A stretch of DNA of 64,000 bases, from positions 160,001 through 224,000 of the forward strand of contig CAXXVK010000072.1 of NCBI GenBank assembly GCA_963676915.2, in the 5' to 3' direction. The notes under the pieces are model-generated. The model saw only the letters and a program-made list of their open reading frames with translations, was not told the origin of the DNA and ran no database searches. Of the stretch, positions 1 through 10,400 are shown one piece after another; positions within the stretch are counted from its first letter, which is position 1, and each line of letters opens with the position of its first letter. The position numbers and the translations under genes are program-made. Source of the stretch: Myxococcota bacterium (GTDB lineage: Bacteria > Myxococcota_A > SURF-8 > G963663525).

Positions 1-754
1 TGGCATTCAGATAGTTCAATTCCAAGCCGAAAACCGGTAGCATGAAAAGAAACAATCCGCCTTCACACAACCAGACCAGCAGGCTTAAAAAAAGTGCCAA
101 GAGCGCTTGAACAGGCGATTTCAAATAGCTGACACCGTTGATGATGGACATGAGATAACGGATGGCTGGATCGTGCCAACTTGGCCGAATGACTTGCAAG
201 GTACGAGAAATCATCGAAGTGACGAGTCCGGGAGCCACCAACAATACTAGAACTGCAACCGAAGCCGCACCGAAGACCAGAGTGGCGAAAAAAATCGATT
301 CTTTGACGAATCCGTCTGCGCCGACGAACAGTGCCGCCAATGCCAGAAGGGCGACCATCACCACGCCATCAAGCAGGCGTTCCAGAAATGTGATGGTCAG
401 AGACTGGGTGTAGGTGATCCCCGTTCGTTCGGTCAGCATTCCGGCTCGTGCGAATTCTCCCATTCTTGCAGGAAGAATGTTGTTGACGGCGTATCCCAAC
501 ACCACGACTTGTGTAGTCGTCCATATGCCAACGCTGGCATCCTTGCTGACGAGAAGGTGTGTTCGTATTCCTCGTAGGATGTGGCCGAATAAATAACTAC
601 CGACGGAAAACGCGATCCATGGAATGAGGTTGGCGTTTTCCAGGGATGAAACTACTTGATTCCATTCCAGTTTTCGCATCGCCAGGAAGAGAAAAAGGAG
701 GCTTAGGACAAATCCAATGGCGACGAACAGTGATTTTTTGTTTTCGTGCAGCAT
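1..754 (-). CDS. UPF0104 / lysylphosphatidylglycerol-synthase TM (flippase-like) membrane protein, truncated by window edge
   Basis: Not in ORF track. Manual translation from ATG at 754 gives MLHENKKSLFVAIGFVLSLLFLFLAMRKLEW...GYAVNNILPARMGEFAR...FLERLLD; the NNxLPxRxGE and ERxxD motifs are typical of this family. Frame runs off the left end. Confidence 0.8.
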   Translation of the reverse strand, partial: MLHENKKSLFVAIGFVLSLLFLFLAMRKLEWNQVVSSLENANLIPWIAFSVGSYLFGHILRGIRTHLLVSKDASVGIWTTTQVVVLGYAVNNILPARMGEFARAGMLTERTGITYTQSLTITFLERLLDGVVMVALLALAALFVGADGFVKESIFFATLVFGAASVAVLVLLVAPGLVTSMISRTLQVIRPSWHDPAIRYLMSIINGVSYLKSPVQALLALFLSLLVWLCEGGLFLFMLPVFGLELNYLNA

Positions 755-995
755 TTCGGACGTTCGAAGGATTGAAATCGTTTGGATCTTATTTCCACTG
801 TATCTCTTAGTATCAAAATTCCTCAACGACCTCAAGGAGATTGTACCGTTAGCCCGTGGTTGTAGCGTCGGAATCAATTGTCGGGCGTAATGAAATGATC
901 TGAATTTGCTTGTCTGGGATAAATAATCGAGTTATATAAAGAAATCAAGTAGTTACTAATATTTTGGTTTCAACACCAGATAGACCACCTTCTCT

Positions 996-3551
996 ATGAC
1001 GGATTACCTGACCAGTCGGCCTTTTATCGTCAATACCATCCTTGCGTTGTTTCAAATCGCCCATTGGTCTAGCGGCTTCGCCAAACCTTCCGTTTTCTCT
1101 GTAACCTTTTTGTTTTCTCTTTTTTGTTTTCCTGCAACGTTGCATTTTCTGTCGAACAGATCGAATCGGGAACCCATTGGCAGGGGAGAAGGCGAATACT
1201 ATCGTCCTTTGGATACATTCTCCACGTGGCTGCTTCCATTCCTGTATTTCGTCGTTCTGGTTCCTTATCGTGAACAGGCTTTCGGAATCGATACCTGGAG
1301 CTGGAACGCTTTGGCCTCCCCGACGCTTTGCTTTCTTTGGGTTGGGGGAATTCTGTATGGATTGCTTGGTTTGCTCGGAAAAAAAATCGAGTTCGGTTCG
1401 TTTCAAATAACAGCGAAAGTACGGGCTTTTTTTCAATCCGTGTTGTCGTTTGCCGAAAAATTCCTGCTTTGCATTCTTCTGTCTCTCGTTCTTCTGCAAA
1501 GCACACAAAACCTGACCTTTCTTGTCATTCAATGGCTGAAAGGAGAAAACACCGATTCAACTCCGTTTTTGTTTATGATGGTTTGGTTCGGTCTGCTGAT
1601 TTCGACGGTCGTTCTCTATCGTTTTCGAGAAGAGGTCGGAAAATGGATGACAAACCATGATCAAGTGATCTGGAGTGTTGCCATTTTGTTGTTGTTTATG
1701 GAAACCATTGCTCTTTCCATTCATTCTCCCTATCTGAGCGATTTAGCCGGAAAAATCAAGTGCGCTGGTTACGGCTATTTCATATTCTTGCTTCTAACCC
1801 ACAGTGTTCGTTTTTACGGTTCTTTGGCGTATCATGGGGCAAAAACGTTTGAAAGCATTCAGGCTTCGAACAATAGACTTTGGAATTCCTCGAAATTTCA
1901 TCGGATGCTTTTCATTTTCGCGCTTGCACTGCTTGCTGTTTATCTGGCACCGTTTTTGGTTTTCGGACATGATACGTACGTGCTGATTCACGACAATCTC
2001 GACCATATTCACACATCCCTGATTCTTTTGGTCAATAGTGGGAAAGTTTTCGCAGGTAGCCTGGAGCCGATTCCGCAGATGTTTAACGGCATCCCGAGAG
2101 GTGTGCTCCACTCCGAATGGAACCTACGATTGTGGCTCTATACCTTGTTCGATCCATTCGTTGCATACACGATCAATCAATTTTTGATGCGTATTGTCGC
2201 GTTTTTCGGGATGTTGCTGCTCCTCGATCGCATCCGTAATCCCGATCCATCGTTCAAGATTCTCAATATCTTGGTTGCCTCTGGTTTTTCGTTGTTGCCG
2301 TTTTGGCCTGAAAATGGTTTGGGAATCGCCGGTCAACCCATGGCACTGTACGCTTTCCTGTCGATTCGAGACGGCAAAGCCCGGTGGCCTAGTTATCTTT
2401 TTCTATTCATTTTACCTTTTTACGCCGAGTTTTTCCGTTGTTTATTCTTTTTCTTGATTCTCATCGGTGGGATTTTTCTTGTGGATCTTGTTCGGTACCG
2501 CAAACCGAATCTGCATTTTTTCGGTGCCATCGTTGGATTTTCCTGTTTGACGCTATGGGCCAATTACCGCATGCTCTGGTTGTCGTTGACGCACCCGTTC
2601 GTCAGTCATCGGGCGGGAAATTTCCAGTACGATCAGTCCGTTGTCGATGTTGGAAAAACTTTTTTAGATCTGTTGATAAATGGCCAGTACCATGCACATT
2701 CCCTGCATTTTCCCATTGTTTTACTGACGGCATTGCTGGCTCTTTCTGCAAGTCTCATTTGGACGTCGAATCGCAATCACTTGCTCGGCTATTTCGCTCT
2801 TTTCTTGTTTGTTTGCGGTGTTTCCGCCATCGCTCCTATGATCGATTTCGGAGCGGTTTTACCGTTTTTGAAGGGATTTAATTTCAGTCGGTTCTACTTT
2901 TTGCTGCCTTTGGCGAGTTTTCTGCTATTTGCAGAAGGTCTTTCATTTTTGGCAAGTCGTTGGAAGAAAGGACGAATCGTTGTTGCAACGTTGGCTTTGT
3001 TGCAAGTTTTTAATGTTTTTGCCCATAGCGATTACGAAAACGAGAAACGAACGCACGGCATAACGTACGCAGAATTTTATGCGGAGGAGCAATTCGCCGA
3101 AATCCGTGACTTCATCGGGCGATCTCCTGAAGAATACCGTGTCGTAAGTATCGGGATGCATCCTGCTATCGCACAATACAACGGCTTTTATACTCTCGAT
3201 GGTTATTGGTACTATTATCCCCTCTCGTATAAAAAAGCGTTTCGGGAAATCATTGCGCCTGAACTGAAGAAGAATGAACATTTCAGAAAATACTATGATT
3301 CCTGGGGAAGTAGGGCTTATCTTTTTCTGGACGATCTCGAAGCCTATGAAACAATCGAACCGAAAAAATCGGTTGTTGTGCGACATCTTGATTTGAACGT
3401 GAAAGCGCTTCAAGCGATGGGGGGAGAGTACGTTATTTCCTCCGTCAAAATTGAGAACTGCCATAAAACCGGCTTGGTTTTTCTTAAAAAATTCACACAT
3501 TTTCAGTCTGCCTGGGATATTTACCTTTACAGTGTAAAACCAGCGCTTTAG
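996..3551 (+). CDS. Polytopic membrane protein, DUF6044/YkoS-like (possible GT-C glycosyltransferase-like), with an extra N-terminal membrane region
   Basis: 851 aa with many TM segments; IHDNLD, MFNGIPR, YRVVSIGMHPAIAQYNGFYTLDGY and WGSRAY motifs recalled from DUF6044 proteins; next to galU. Confidence 0.6.
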   Translation: MTDYLTSRPFIVNTILALFQIAHWSSGFAKPSVFSVTFLFSLFCFPATLHFLSNRSNREPIGRGEGEYYRPLDTFSTWLLPFLYFVVLVPYREQAFGIDTWSWNALASPTLCFLWVGGILYGLLGLLGKKIEFGSFQITAKVRAFFQSVLSFAEKFLLCILLSLVLLQSTQNLTFLVIQWLKGENTDSTPFLFMMVWFGLLISTVVLYRFREEVGKWMTNHDQVIWSVAILLLFMETIALSIHSPYLSDLAGKIKCAGYGYFIFLLLTHSVRFYGSLAYHGAKTFESIQASNNRLWNSSKFHRMLFIFALALLAVYLAPFLVFGHDTYVLIHDNLDHIHTSLILLVNSGKVFAGSLEPIPQMFNGIPRGVLHSEWNLRLWLYTLFDPFVAYTINQFLMRIVAFFGMLLLLDRIRNPDPSFKILNILVASGFSLLPFWPENGLGIAGQPMALYAFLSIRDGKARWPSYLFLFILPFYAEFFRCLFFFLILIGGIFLVDLVRYRKPNLHFFGAIVGFSCLTLWANYRMLWLSLTHPFVSHRAGNFQYDQSVVDVGKTFLDLLINGQYHAHSLHFPIVLLTALLALSASLIWTSNRNHLLGYFALFLFVCGVSAIAPMIDFGAVLPFLKGFNFSRFYFLLPLASFLLFAEGLSFLASRWKKGRIVVATLALLQVFNVFAHSDYENEKRTHGITYAEFYAEEQFAEIRDFIGRSPEEYRVVSIGMHPAIAQYNGFYTLDGYWYYYPLSYKKAFREIIAPELKKNEHFRKYYDSWGSRAYLFLDDLEAYETIEPKKSVVVRHLDLNVKALQAMGGEYVISSVKIENCHKTGLVFLKKFTHFQSAWDIYLYSVKPAL

Positions 3552-3707
3552 TTTCAATTTTACAGAGGATTTTCGCAAACAATTGCCTTTGAAATACGGT
3601 TTCAGATGTCTGAAAAGGAACGTGGAGAAATTGTTTTGGGTTCTTCGAATAAAAGACTAGAATGACCACGCAATTTGAAAAAGATACTCATTTATTGACC
3701 TAACGGC

Positions 3708-4604
3708 ATGGAAGGATCAATGAAGATTCGCAAAGTGGTTTTGCCGGTGGCTGGGCTTGGTACACGTTTTTTGCCTGCATCCAAATGTATTCCCAAAGAA
3801 ATGTTTCCCATCGTGGATAAACCCGTTATCCAGTGGTTGATGGAAGAATGCGCTGCCTGCGGAATCGAGGAAGTGATTTTCGTGACGGCTCGGGGAAAAT
3901 ACGCTTTGGAGGATCATTTCGATAGTGCTACCAGCCTGATGTACTGGTTGGAAGCCAAAGACAAAACCGGCCTGGCCGACCGCATGAGAAGCCTGGAGAA
4001 TCTCGTGCGTGTTACCGCTGTGCGGCAAAAACATCCGCTGGGTTTGGGGCATGCCATCTGGTGCGCCAAGGAAGCCGTTGGTAACGAGCCGTTTGCCGTG
4101 ATTCTGGGAGACGAACTGGTGCTTTCCAAGAAACCGGCCATCGGACAGTTGATCGATGCCTCTGAGCGTCTTGGCGGAAGTGCCATTGCCGTGGATGAAG
4201 TTCCTGCCGATCAGACCGATCGCTACGGCATTGTGGATGGTGAAGAGATCGAACCCGGTATCATGCGTTTGAGCCGCCTTGTAGAAAAACCTAAGCCGGA
4301 ACAGGCACCTAGCTGCATGGCGATTACCGGTCGCTACGTTCTTCCTGCCGAAATCTTCGAGATTCTCGAAAATACGGAAAAAGGGCAGGGGGGAGAAATT
4401 CAATTGACCGACGGTTTGAACGAACTGGCTCGTCGTCCGAATTCTCCCATGTTCAGCGTGCAGTTGGAAGGCAAACGGTTGGATGCCGGATCACCGTTAG
4501 GATTGCTGCAAACGTCACTATGCTATGCCATGGAAGACGAGCGGTACCGTGCGGATGTCCTAAACATCATGGAAGAACTGTTGGAAACCTCCAAAGCGAA
4601 ATGA
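3708..4604 (+). CDS. galU: UTP-glucose-1-phosphate uridylyltransferase
   Basis: KVVLPVAGLGTRFLPASKCIPKEM, LGLGHA, VEKP, GEIQLTD motifs; start may be 3720. Confidence 0.95.
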   Translation: MEGSMKIRKVVLPVAGLGTRFLPASKCIPKEMFPIVDKPVIQWLMEECAACGIEEVIFVTARGKYALEDHFDSATSLMYWLEAKDKTGLADRMRSLENLVRVTAVRQKHPLGLGHAIWCAKEAVGNEPFAVILGDELVLSKKPAIGQLIDASERLGGSAIAVDEVPADQTDRYGIVDGEEIEPGIMRLSRLVEKPKPEQAPSCMAITGRYVLPAEIFEILENTEKGQGGEIQLTDGLNELARRPNSPMFSVQLEGKRLDAGSPLGLLQTSLCYAMEDERYRADVLNIMEELLETSKAK

Positions 4605-4620
4605 GCTGAACTTGGCGTAG

Positions 4621-4642
4621 GTCGGAAAAATTCCTTGTCCGA
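4621..4642. terminator. Short hairpin between convergent galU and the next gene
   Basis: GTCGGA...TCCGAC inverted repeat just after the galU stop; no strong U-tract. Confidence 0.25.
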
Positions 4643-4734
4643 CAACCGCAAGGTATCAGGGCAGAAATTAGCCCGAGTTCACGAATGATTTTGGATTATA
4701 GAAAGTCCAAACAATTTTAAGGAGATACGGCGTG

Positions 4735-7700
4735 TTAACGCCCCGTTTCCTCGATGATGTATTGGGTTGGAGTGAGGCTTTCCAATACTTCGAAAGAATC
4801 GTCCAGCCATTCGATTTTCGTTGCCGACGGATCGAATGGATAAGATTCCCGGATGGCAACCCCTCGGATTCCTTCCACACAGTCAGGAAACACTACGAGA
4901 AATCGCTCTTTCCAATTGTGGTGGTCGGCGCTGTAGACCAGTCGGAAGTAATCGTTGACGTGGATGTCGTCCTCCGTCCTGAACCAACTTGCTCCCAGTA
5001 GAGCTGCCGGACCGCTGCTTAACAACGATTCCTGGAAACGTACATCCAATTCGATGCGCTCTCCTGAAGGCAACCATGCCGTTCGTTTGAATCGAGGCAG
5101 GTTGTCGAAGTGGCAGGACAGCAGGGAAATCGTTTGTTCCCTTTCTTCCGATACCGCTTGAAGACTCCAGCCGTTGCTAAACGTTTCGAGTTGTTTTTCA
5201 CTGATTTGAATGGTTTCGGGGCGTTGGTGTAATGCGCCCGTGGTTCGTTTCTCCCAACCGAGGTGGAATTCCTGCTCTCCATCGGTGAATGTCTGCTCGA
5301 ATCGGTAACGATAATAGAGCTTTCCGTCTCCCGGATCGGCGGTGTCAAGATGCCATTGCGGTGAATCCATTGCGACGAGTTCCGTTTTTTGCGGACCGAA
5401 GATCACCCGTTTGATGATGTCTTGCTCGGGAAGCGGTCCCGAGGTGGGTAGTTCGAAGGTTTCACCCTGCAATTCAACTTTCGTTCGCAACCTGTATTCC
5501 TCGAAAAGGTCGCGATTATCCCGAAATCGTCCACATAAGGTTGTGTCGTCGTCGATTTCAATGGTTACTTGATTGATGGCCGAATCTTTTTCTTTGCGTT
5601 GCAGTGGAATGGCACGAACGAAGAGCGCCTCGTCATTCTCCGCTTTTTCGAATTCGAGAGCTAAAACCGCTTCTTGAGTGGAGTAACTCGTAAAATCGAA
5701 AGGAAACTCTTGTCGTAAGTTGTCTAGATTCGTAGCTAATTCGATATAGGTTTCATCATCGAGAACGACCTCAGATGGTTCTACAAGGGACGAAAGTCCA
5801 CCTCGATACAGAGTTGTAGTTTCTTCTTCGACCGTCATAAGTACCGATTCGGGTGATTCTGCGGAATCAACGGATTCCTGCGTGGTATTGCCGATTTGAG
5901 TATAGGCCACCATGCGCTCATCTCCGGCTGTTTGCGGTAATCCGCTAAAAATCATGCCGTGGGCGTCAAGATCGTGACATTCCTTCGTTATCACGACGGC
6001 AACAGCCGCCCGATCAGGATCGACGATCCGATGGAACCAGCGTTTTTCGAAGGATTCAGGCTCCCAGAAATCAGCCCAAAGTATGCGCAAGGCGTTTTCG
6101 ATCGCTTGCGGATCGTTGCTTTCACCTGTACAGGCGGATGGATGTCGGTCATCTTCGCAGGCCGAAGGAGAGGCAACAAGGGTTTCGTCGGAAAATTCGG
6201 GCAACGTGTCGAGATTGGACGAAGAATCGAACCGGAGCGTGTTTCGACCGTTTCCGAAAACTTCGGATATTCGTGAGCTAAGTGCTTGAATTCGTTCGCG
6301 TTCGATATCTCCATGTCTCTGCATGTGCTCGGAAAATTCTTCCAATTGCTCGCGGCGAAACGCTGGATCGGTCGAAAACTCCGGTTGGTCTGTCATGGCA
6401 AGGACGTGTTCCCGATAGCTTCGGGATTCTGTAACACCATCGATTTCCGCAACGATTTCATTGGTTTGAAGGAATTCCAGATAATAGGCAAACGGAACGA
6501 CAACCCCTTGTGTCCGGTGTTTGGACGCCACGTTTTGAGAACCAATCGCCAAGGTCGTTCCGCGTCCTCCGAAACGGCTCAATGCCTGTTCACGCTCTTC
6601 GGCATTGTCAACGTGCATTTCGAGCAAAGAAGGAAGTTCGAAAGTTTCTTGATCGGGAACGATGATTTCCGGCGATTCGGGACGGCTTGCCTCCCAATAC
6701 AATTGTGCTTTATCCACCGTGATGTTTTCTAGGGTTACGTTTCCATCGGATTCGACGCTTACCTTCACAAATTGGTCTTCATAAGGCGAGAAACGTTCAA
6801 GCGCGTCGTTTAAAAACAGGTTGGGGATACCATTTTGGGCAGCCAATAAGCCGGGTTCAGAAAACATCGTTTGACGCTCTTGCGTGACGACTCCCGCGAC
6901 AGGGTCGTCTAGCTCATCGAGAGCGTTTTCCGATACGATGATTTCCTGCCATCCGTAGTCGTCGAAATCGTCTCCTTTTCGTCTGCCGCGATCCGATAAA
7001 ATCCTTACATATCCAACGCTTACGCCTGCAGTGTAGATTTCCGTTTCGGAGGGGACTTCGCAGTCGTATACATCGACCAGATCTTGATTCCATGACTCTG
7101 AGGCTTGTCGGTCTCGATTTGTGACGGGGAAAAACAGGGGAGCTTCTTCCGGCAGGACATCTCCCAATTGTTGTCTCACACTTGCCAGAAGATTTTCGTC
7201 CAACTTGCCTGGATTTTCGTTTTGATTCGAGAACCGCTGTTCAAGGGTGAATCCATACGCATGACCCTTACAGGTCTCGGAAAATTTCAGGACCGATCCG
7301 ACGAGATATTGTCTCGATTTTTCTTCGAGAAACAGGCTGGAATAGTTTTCCGAGGTTAGCCAACCGTAATAAGCCGGAAAAGCTTTTGACAAAAAATCCA
7401 AACGGCTCGGAAGATGGCGCAGGTTCTGGAAGGTTACCGGTACGTAAGATTTATTTAATGGAATCAGGTATTTCGTAAAAGAAGCGATTGCGGGCCGAAC
7501 GTTGTCATCCACTGCTACTTGATTGAATGCGGCATCATCTGCGAGTTTATGGCTGCATACGAAGACACCTGTTTCGTTCTCCAATTGTGAACAAGGTTGC
7601 GGGGTGATGTCTCCATTTTCCTCTTGTTCTTCTTTTTCCTGGTCTTCGAACTCTTTTTCAAGCTCGACGATCTCTTTTTCGTCGACTTCACCTTCAATCC

Positions 7701-7818
7701 AATCCGTATCTGTCCAATCCGTATCGGCAAACGGTGAAGAGTTATGGCTCGATTCGCAGGCCCCCAAAGCGAATGCTGCGCAAAAAAAGACGTGGAGAAG
7801 GATTACAAACCGCCACAT
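4735..7818 (-). CDS. Large lipoprotein with degenerate PEP-utilising His-swivel and PEP/pyruvate-binding (PPDK_N-like) domains
   Basis: Lipobox ALGAC, acidic linker, VAGVVT...SEPGLLAAQNGIPN swivel-like segment, FGGRG...GVVVPFAYY, LRFDSSSN...LPEF, ALRILWA, LEFEK. Confidence 0.65.
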   Translation of the reverse strand: MWRFVILLHVFFCAAFALGACESSHNSSPFADTDWTDTDWIEGEVDEKEIVELEKEFEDQEKEEQEENGDITPQPCSQLENETGVFVCSHKLADDAAFNQVAVDDNVRPAIASFTKYLIPLNKSYVPVTFQNLRHLPSRLDFLSKAFPAYYGWLTSENYSSLFLEEKSRQYLVGSVLKFSETCKGHAYGFTLEQRFSNQNENPGKLDENLLASVRQQLGDVLPEEAPLFFPVTNRDRQASESWNQDLVDVYDCEVPSETEIYTAGVSVGYVRILSDRGRRKGDDFDDYGWQEIIVSENALDELDDPVAGVVTQERQTMFSEPGLLAAQNGIPNLFLNDALERFSPYEDQFVKVSVESDGNVTLENITVDKAQLYWEASRPESPEIIVPDQETFELPSLLEMHVDNAEEREQALSRFGGRGTTLAIGSQNVASKHRTQGVVVPFAYYLEFLQTNEIVAEIDGVTESRSYREHVLAMTDQPEFSTDPAFRREQLEEFSEHMQRHGDIERERIQALSSRISEVFGNGRNTLRFDSSSNLDTLPEFSDETLVASPSACEDDRHPSACTGESNDPQAIENALRILWADFWEPESFEKRWFHRIVDPDRAAVAVVITKECHDLDAHGMIFSGLPQTAGDERMVAYTQIGNTTQESVDSAESPESVLMTVEEETTTLYRGGLSSLVEPSEVVLDDETYIELATNLDNLRQEFPFDFTSYSTQEAVLALEFEKAENDEALFVRAIPLQRKEKDSAINQVTIEIDDDTTLCGRFRDNRDLFEEYRLRTKVELQGETFELPTSGPLPEQDIIKRVIFGPQKTELVAMDSPQWHLDTADPGDGKLYYRYRFEQTFTDGEQEFHLGWEKRTTGALHQRPETIQISEKQLETFSNGWSLQAVSEEREQTISLLSCHFDNLPRFKRTAWLPSGERIELDVRFQESLLSSGPAALLGASWFRTEDDIHVNDYFRLVYSADHHNWKERFLVVFPDCVEGIRGVAIRESYPFDPSATKIEWLDDSFEVLESLTPTQYIIEETGR

Positions 7819-8015
7819 GGGGCAATATCCTGTTTTTAGGAAAAAGCGATACTCCTGAATGGAGTTTTTAAGACACTACTGAGAAGTCATTTCGGTATGC
7901 TTACCGAATCCGTCGTCAATCCTGTAAAATGTAACGCAAACTTATTTAAATGGCCAGATTATTTGTAAAAAGTAATGTATTTTAATGATTTTCGTTTTCC
8001 TGTTTTATAGGTTCG

Positions 8016-8411
8016 TTATTGAGCGGAGGAAGACTTGGCAAATGCCAGAACATGCCCGTCCGGGTCCGCTCCATAAGCTACGACATCACCCCAGGGGCGT
8101 TTTTGGGGTTCGCTTACTGGCTTACCTTTTGCTTCGATTAACGAGCCGTAGCATTTTTCGGGATCATCTACGAATAGGTACAATTCACAACGTGGTATTC
8201 CACGACCACTTTCCGCCGGAGGGAGATTTTTTCCCAAAAACGATACTGTCCCTTGGTCGGGCATCAAGCCTAGCGTTGCTCCTTCACAGAGAGGAAACTC
8301 TGTCATTCCGGGAACATCCAGCAGCGGTTCTTTATCGAGGATGGCACGGTAAAAGTCCCGACTACGTTTTTGATCGGCCACGTAAAGGATGGTCATCACT
8401 TTTTTCATCAT
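8016..8411 (-). CDS. VOC/glyoxalase family protein
   Basis: ILYVADQKRSRDFY...PWGDVVAYGADPDGHVL. Confidence 0.85.
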   Translation of the reverse strand: MMKKVMTILYVADQKRSRDFYRAILDKEPLLDVPGMTEFPLCEGATLGLMPDQGTVSFLGKNLPPAESGRGIPRCELYLFVDDPEKCYGSLIEAKGKPVSEPQKRPWGDVVAYGADPDGHVLAFAKSSSAQ

Positions 8412-8477
8412 GATTCCTTTCAGGTTGCTGTTTATGTACAGTACCCTGATAAAGTAGCGAAAACAAGTCTTAGGGTT

Positions 8478-10400
8478 TTATTCCGAAGGCGTAAATGCAC
8501 AGCGAAAACCGCAACCTATGGAAGAAAACGTGCTGGGAATGAACGACATCGGCGTCCGTAGGTGACTTCTAGCGTGATGCATTTCCGAATAGACCCAGTT
8601 GCTACCACGGGAAAGAAATCCTTTCGCCAGCGGCGGCCACCAGACGGGATTGACCGATTCGTTCGGCCAGTCGTCGTAGTCGGAAGGGAAATCCAGGACG
8701 AGTTCCGAAACGTTGTGTGTCATGTCTTTAAGTCCGAAGGGGGAGGAATCGTCACAGGTCTGGAAATCGTCAGGGCCGAACAGCCAGCCGCCTTCTTCGC
8801 GGCTTTTTCGTTGCCCGTCGAAAAAGCCAACCGGCGAAGTCTCTTCGAACGGATCGTTCCCCCAGATGTTGGCGCGGCATTCGTTGCGGTCTTCTCCCCA
8901 GGGAAAATTCGTCAAATCCTCATCCGATTCCATCGGACCTACCGCCCCATATTCCCATTGAGCTTCCGAAGGCAGCGTGCCTCCGGCCCAGTGGCAGAAT
9001 TCAAGCGCCTGATAGCGGTTAATGCAGTTGACCGGATGGTTGGTTCGTAACGGATTGTCGATGTTGGGTTCTCCTACGAGATATGAGCCATCGACGTGGC
9101 ATAGTTCCGCCACGGGACGTCCGCAGCCGCCGTCTTCGATACACTGCCGATACTCGCCAACCGTTACGGGAAAGCGGGAAAGTGCGTACGATGTCAAATG
9201 GACCGTATGGCGGGGCATCTCTCTTTGGTCGAAGTAATACCAATTATCCGGCAGGTTTCCCATCCAGTAGGTATGACAGGAACCTTGCGGAACGATTACG
9301 CAGGTTTCGTGGTCCATGCCGCCGGGTAGTGAAACGGTATGTCCGCAATTGGGAAGGCCGGTCATTCCGTGGGCGGGAAGGCAGTTTTCGGGCGCTTCCT
9401 CTTGGCTTTCCCATTGCTCTATATCCGTATCCCACTCGATTTCAACATCAAGATCTCCCCCAATGAATTCACAGGGTTCGTTGGTTTCACCAGGCGTGCC
9501 ACGATCATCGTTGGGCATTCGTTCGCCCGAAACGCGCCAGTTGTCGTAAGAATCGTTTTGTTCGGCGTCGAGATGGTCGGGACAAAGGGAAACGCTAGCC
9601 CCGAACATCAGGTACATCCCCATGTTGTTTTCACTGTAGGTTACGGAATCGATCATGGTTTCTCCGCAGCTTATCCGCAGGGAATCCCACCCGGTTTTCA
9701 AAATGTAATTTCCCCAATTCCACGCAATAGTTACGTCGTTTGAATACGTTGTAGCGCGTTCCACTCCGATCAGGATTTTTCCCCTTGGATCGATCTGCAA
9801 AGGGCTGTCGATTGTCGTGGAGTATGAAGACGTTGCGAATTCGCATCCTTGAAGCGTGATGGGGTGTCGAGCGCGGTTGGTCAGTTCCACCCACTGGCCT
9901 TCGTTTTGTTGCAAAGCCAGAGGGAAAGGCATCAGTTCGCTGAAAATCACGTCTCCTGCTTCAGGTGGAACCGGAGGAACATCCCATTCCAGCTCTTCTT
10001 CGACTTCTTGTTCCCAAGGAGGGTCGAGGTCCGGCTCGCATTCCTCCGGGATTTCCTCGGTTTCTTCAACGTCTTGTTCTTCCGAGGCATTCTCATCGTT
10101 TTCGATATCGGAAATGTCCTCGGAATCCGGGAATTCTTCCTCGTCGATATCTGGAAGATGTTCATCCGAATCGAGATCGTCATCAGCGGAAACATCCTGT
10201 TCCTGCTGAGGGTCCAGGTCGGCATCGTGATCGAAAGGTGAAAGGTCGGATTCCTCCGAGCAGCGGGTACAAAGCAGGAATATGACAATTCCAATAAAAA
10301 GCACGAATAACCGAGCATGGTTGTGAAAATTTATCATTTTTCGAGCCAATAAATTCATGTGAACAATATGAGCTTCCGACCAATTTTTCAGAGTATACAA
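8478..10400 (-). CDS. Secreted/lipoprotein with lamin-tail domain and FGE-sulfatase (SUMF1) domain
   Basis: VIFSELM...QWVELTN...GTPGETN (LTD); PVTVGEY, HPVNCI, LPSEAQWEY, FGLKDM, GFRCA (FGE domain). True start probably downstream (about 10358-10335). Confidence 0.8.
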   Translation of the reverse strand: MYTLKNWSEAHIVHMNLLARKMINFHNHARLFVLFIGIVIFLLCTRCSEESDLSPFDHDADLDPQQEQDVSADDDLDSDEHLPDIDEEEFPDSEDISDIENDENASEEQDVEETEEIPEECEPDLDPPWEQEVEEELEWDVPPVPPEAGDVIFSELMPFPLALQQNEGQWVELTNRARHPITLQGCEFATSSYSTTIDSPLQIDPRGKILIGVERATTYSNDVTIAWNWGNYILKTGWDSLRISCGETMIDSVTYSENNMGMYLMFGASVSLCPDHLDAEQNDSYDNWRVSGERMPNDDRGTPGETNEPCEFIGGDLDVEIEWDTDIEQWESQEEAPENCLPAHGMTGLPNCGHTVSLPGGMDHETCVIVPQGSCHTYWMGNLPDNWYYFDQREMPRHTVHLTSYALSRFPVTVGEYRQCIEDGGCGRPVAELCHVDGSYLVGEPNIDNPLRTNHPVNCINRYQALEFCHWAGGTLPSEAQWEYGAVGPMESDEDLTNFPWGEDRNECRANIWGNDPFEETSPVGFFDGQRKSREEGGWLFGPDDFQTCDDSSPFGLKDMTHNVSELVLDFPSDYDDWPNESVNPVWWPPLAKGFLSRGSNWVYSEMHHARSHLRTPMSFIPSTFSSIGCGFRCAFTPSE

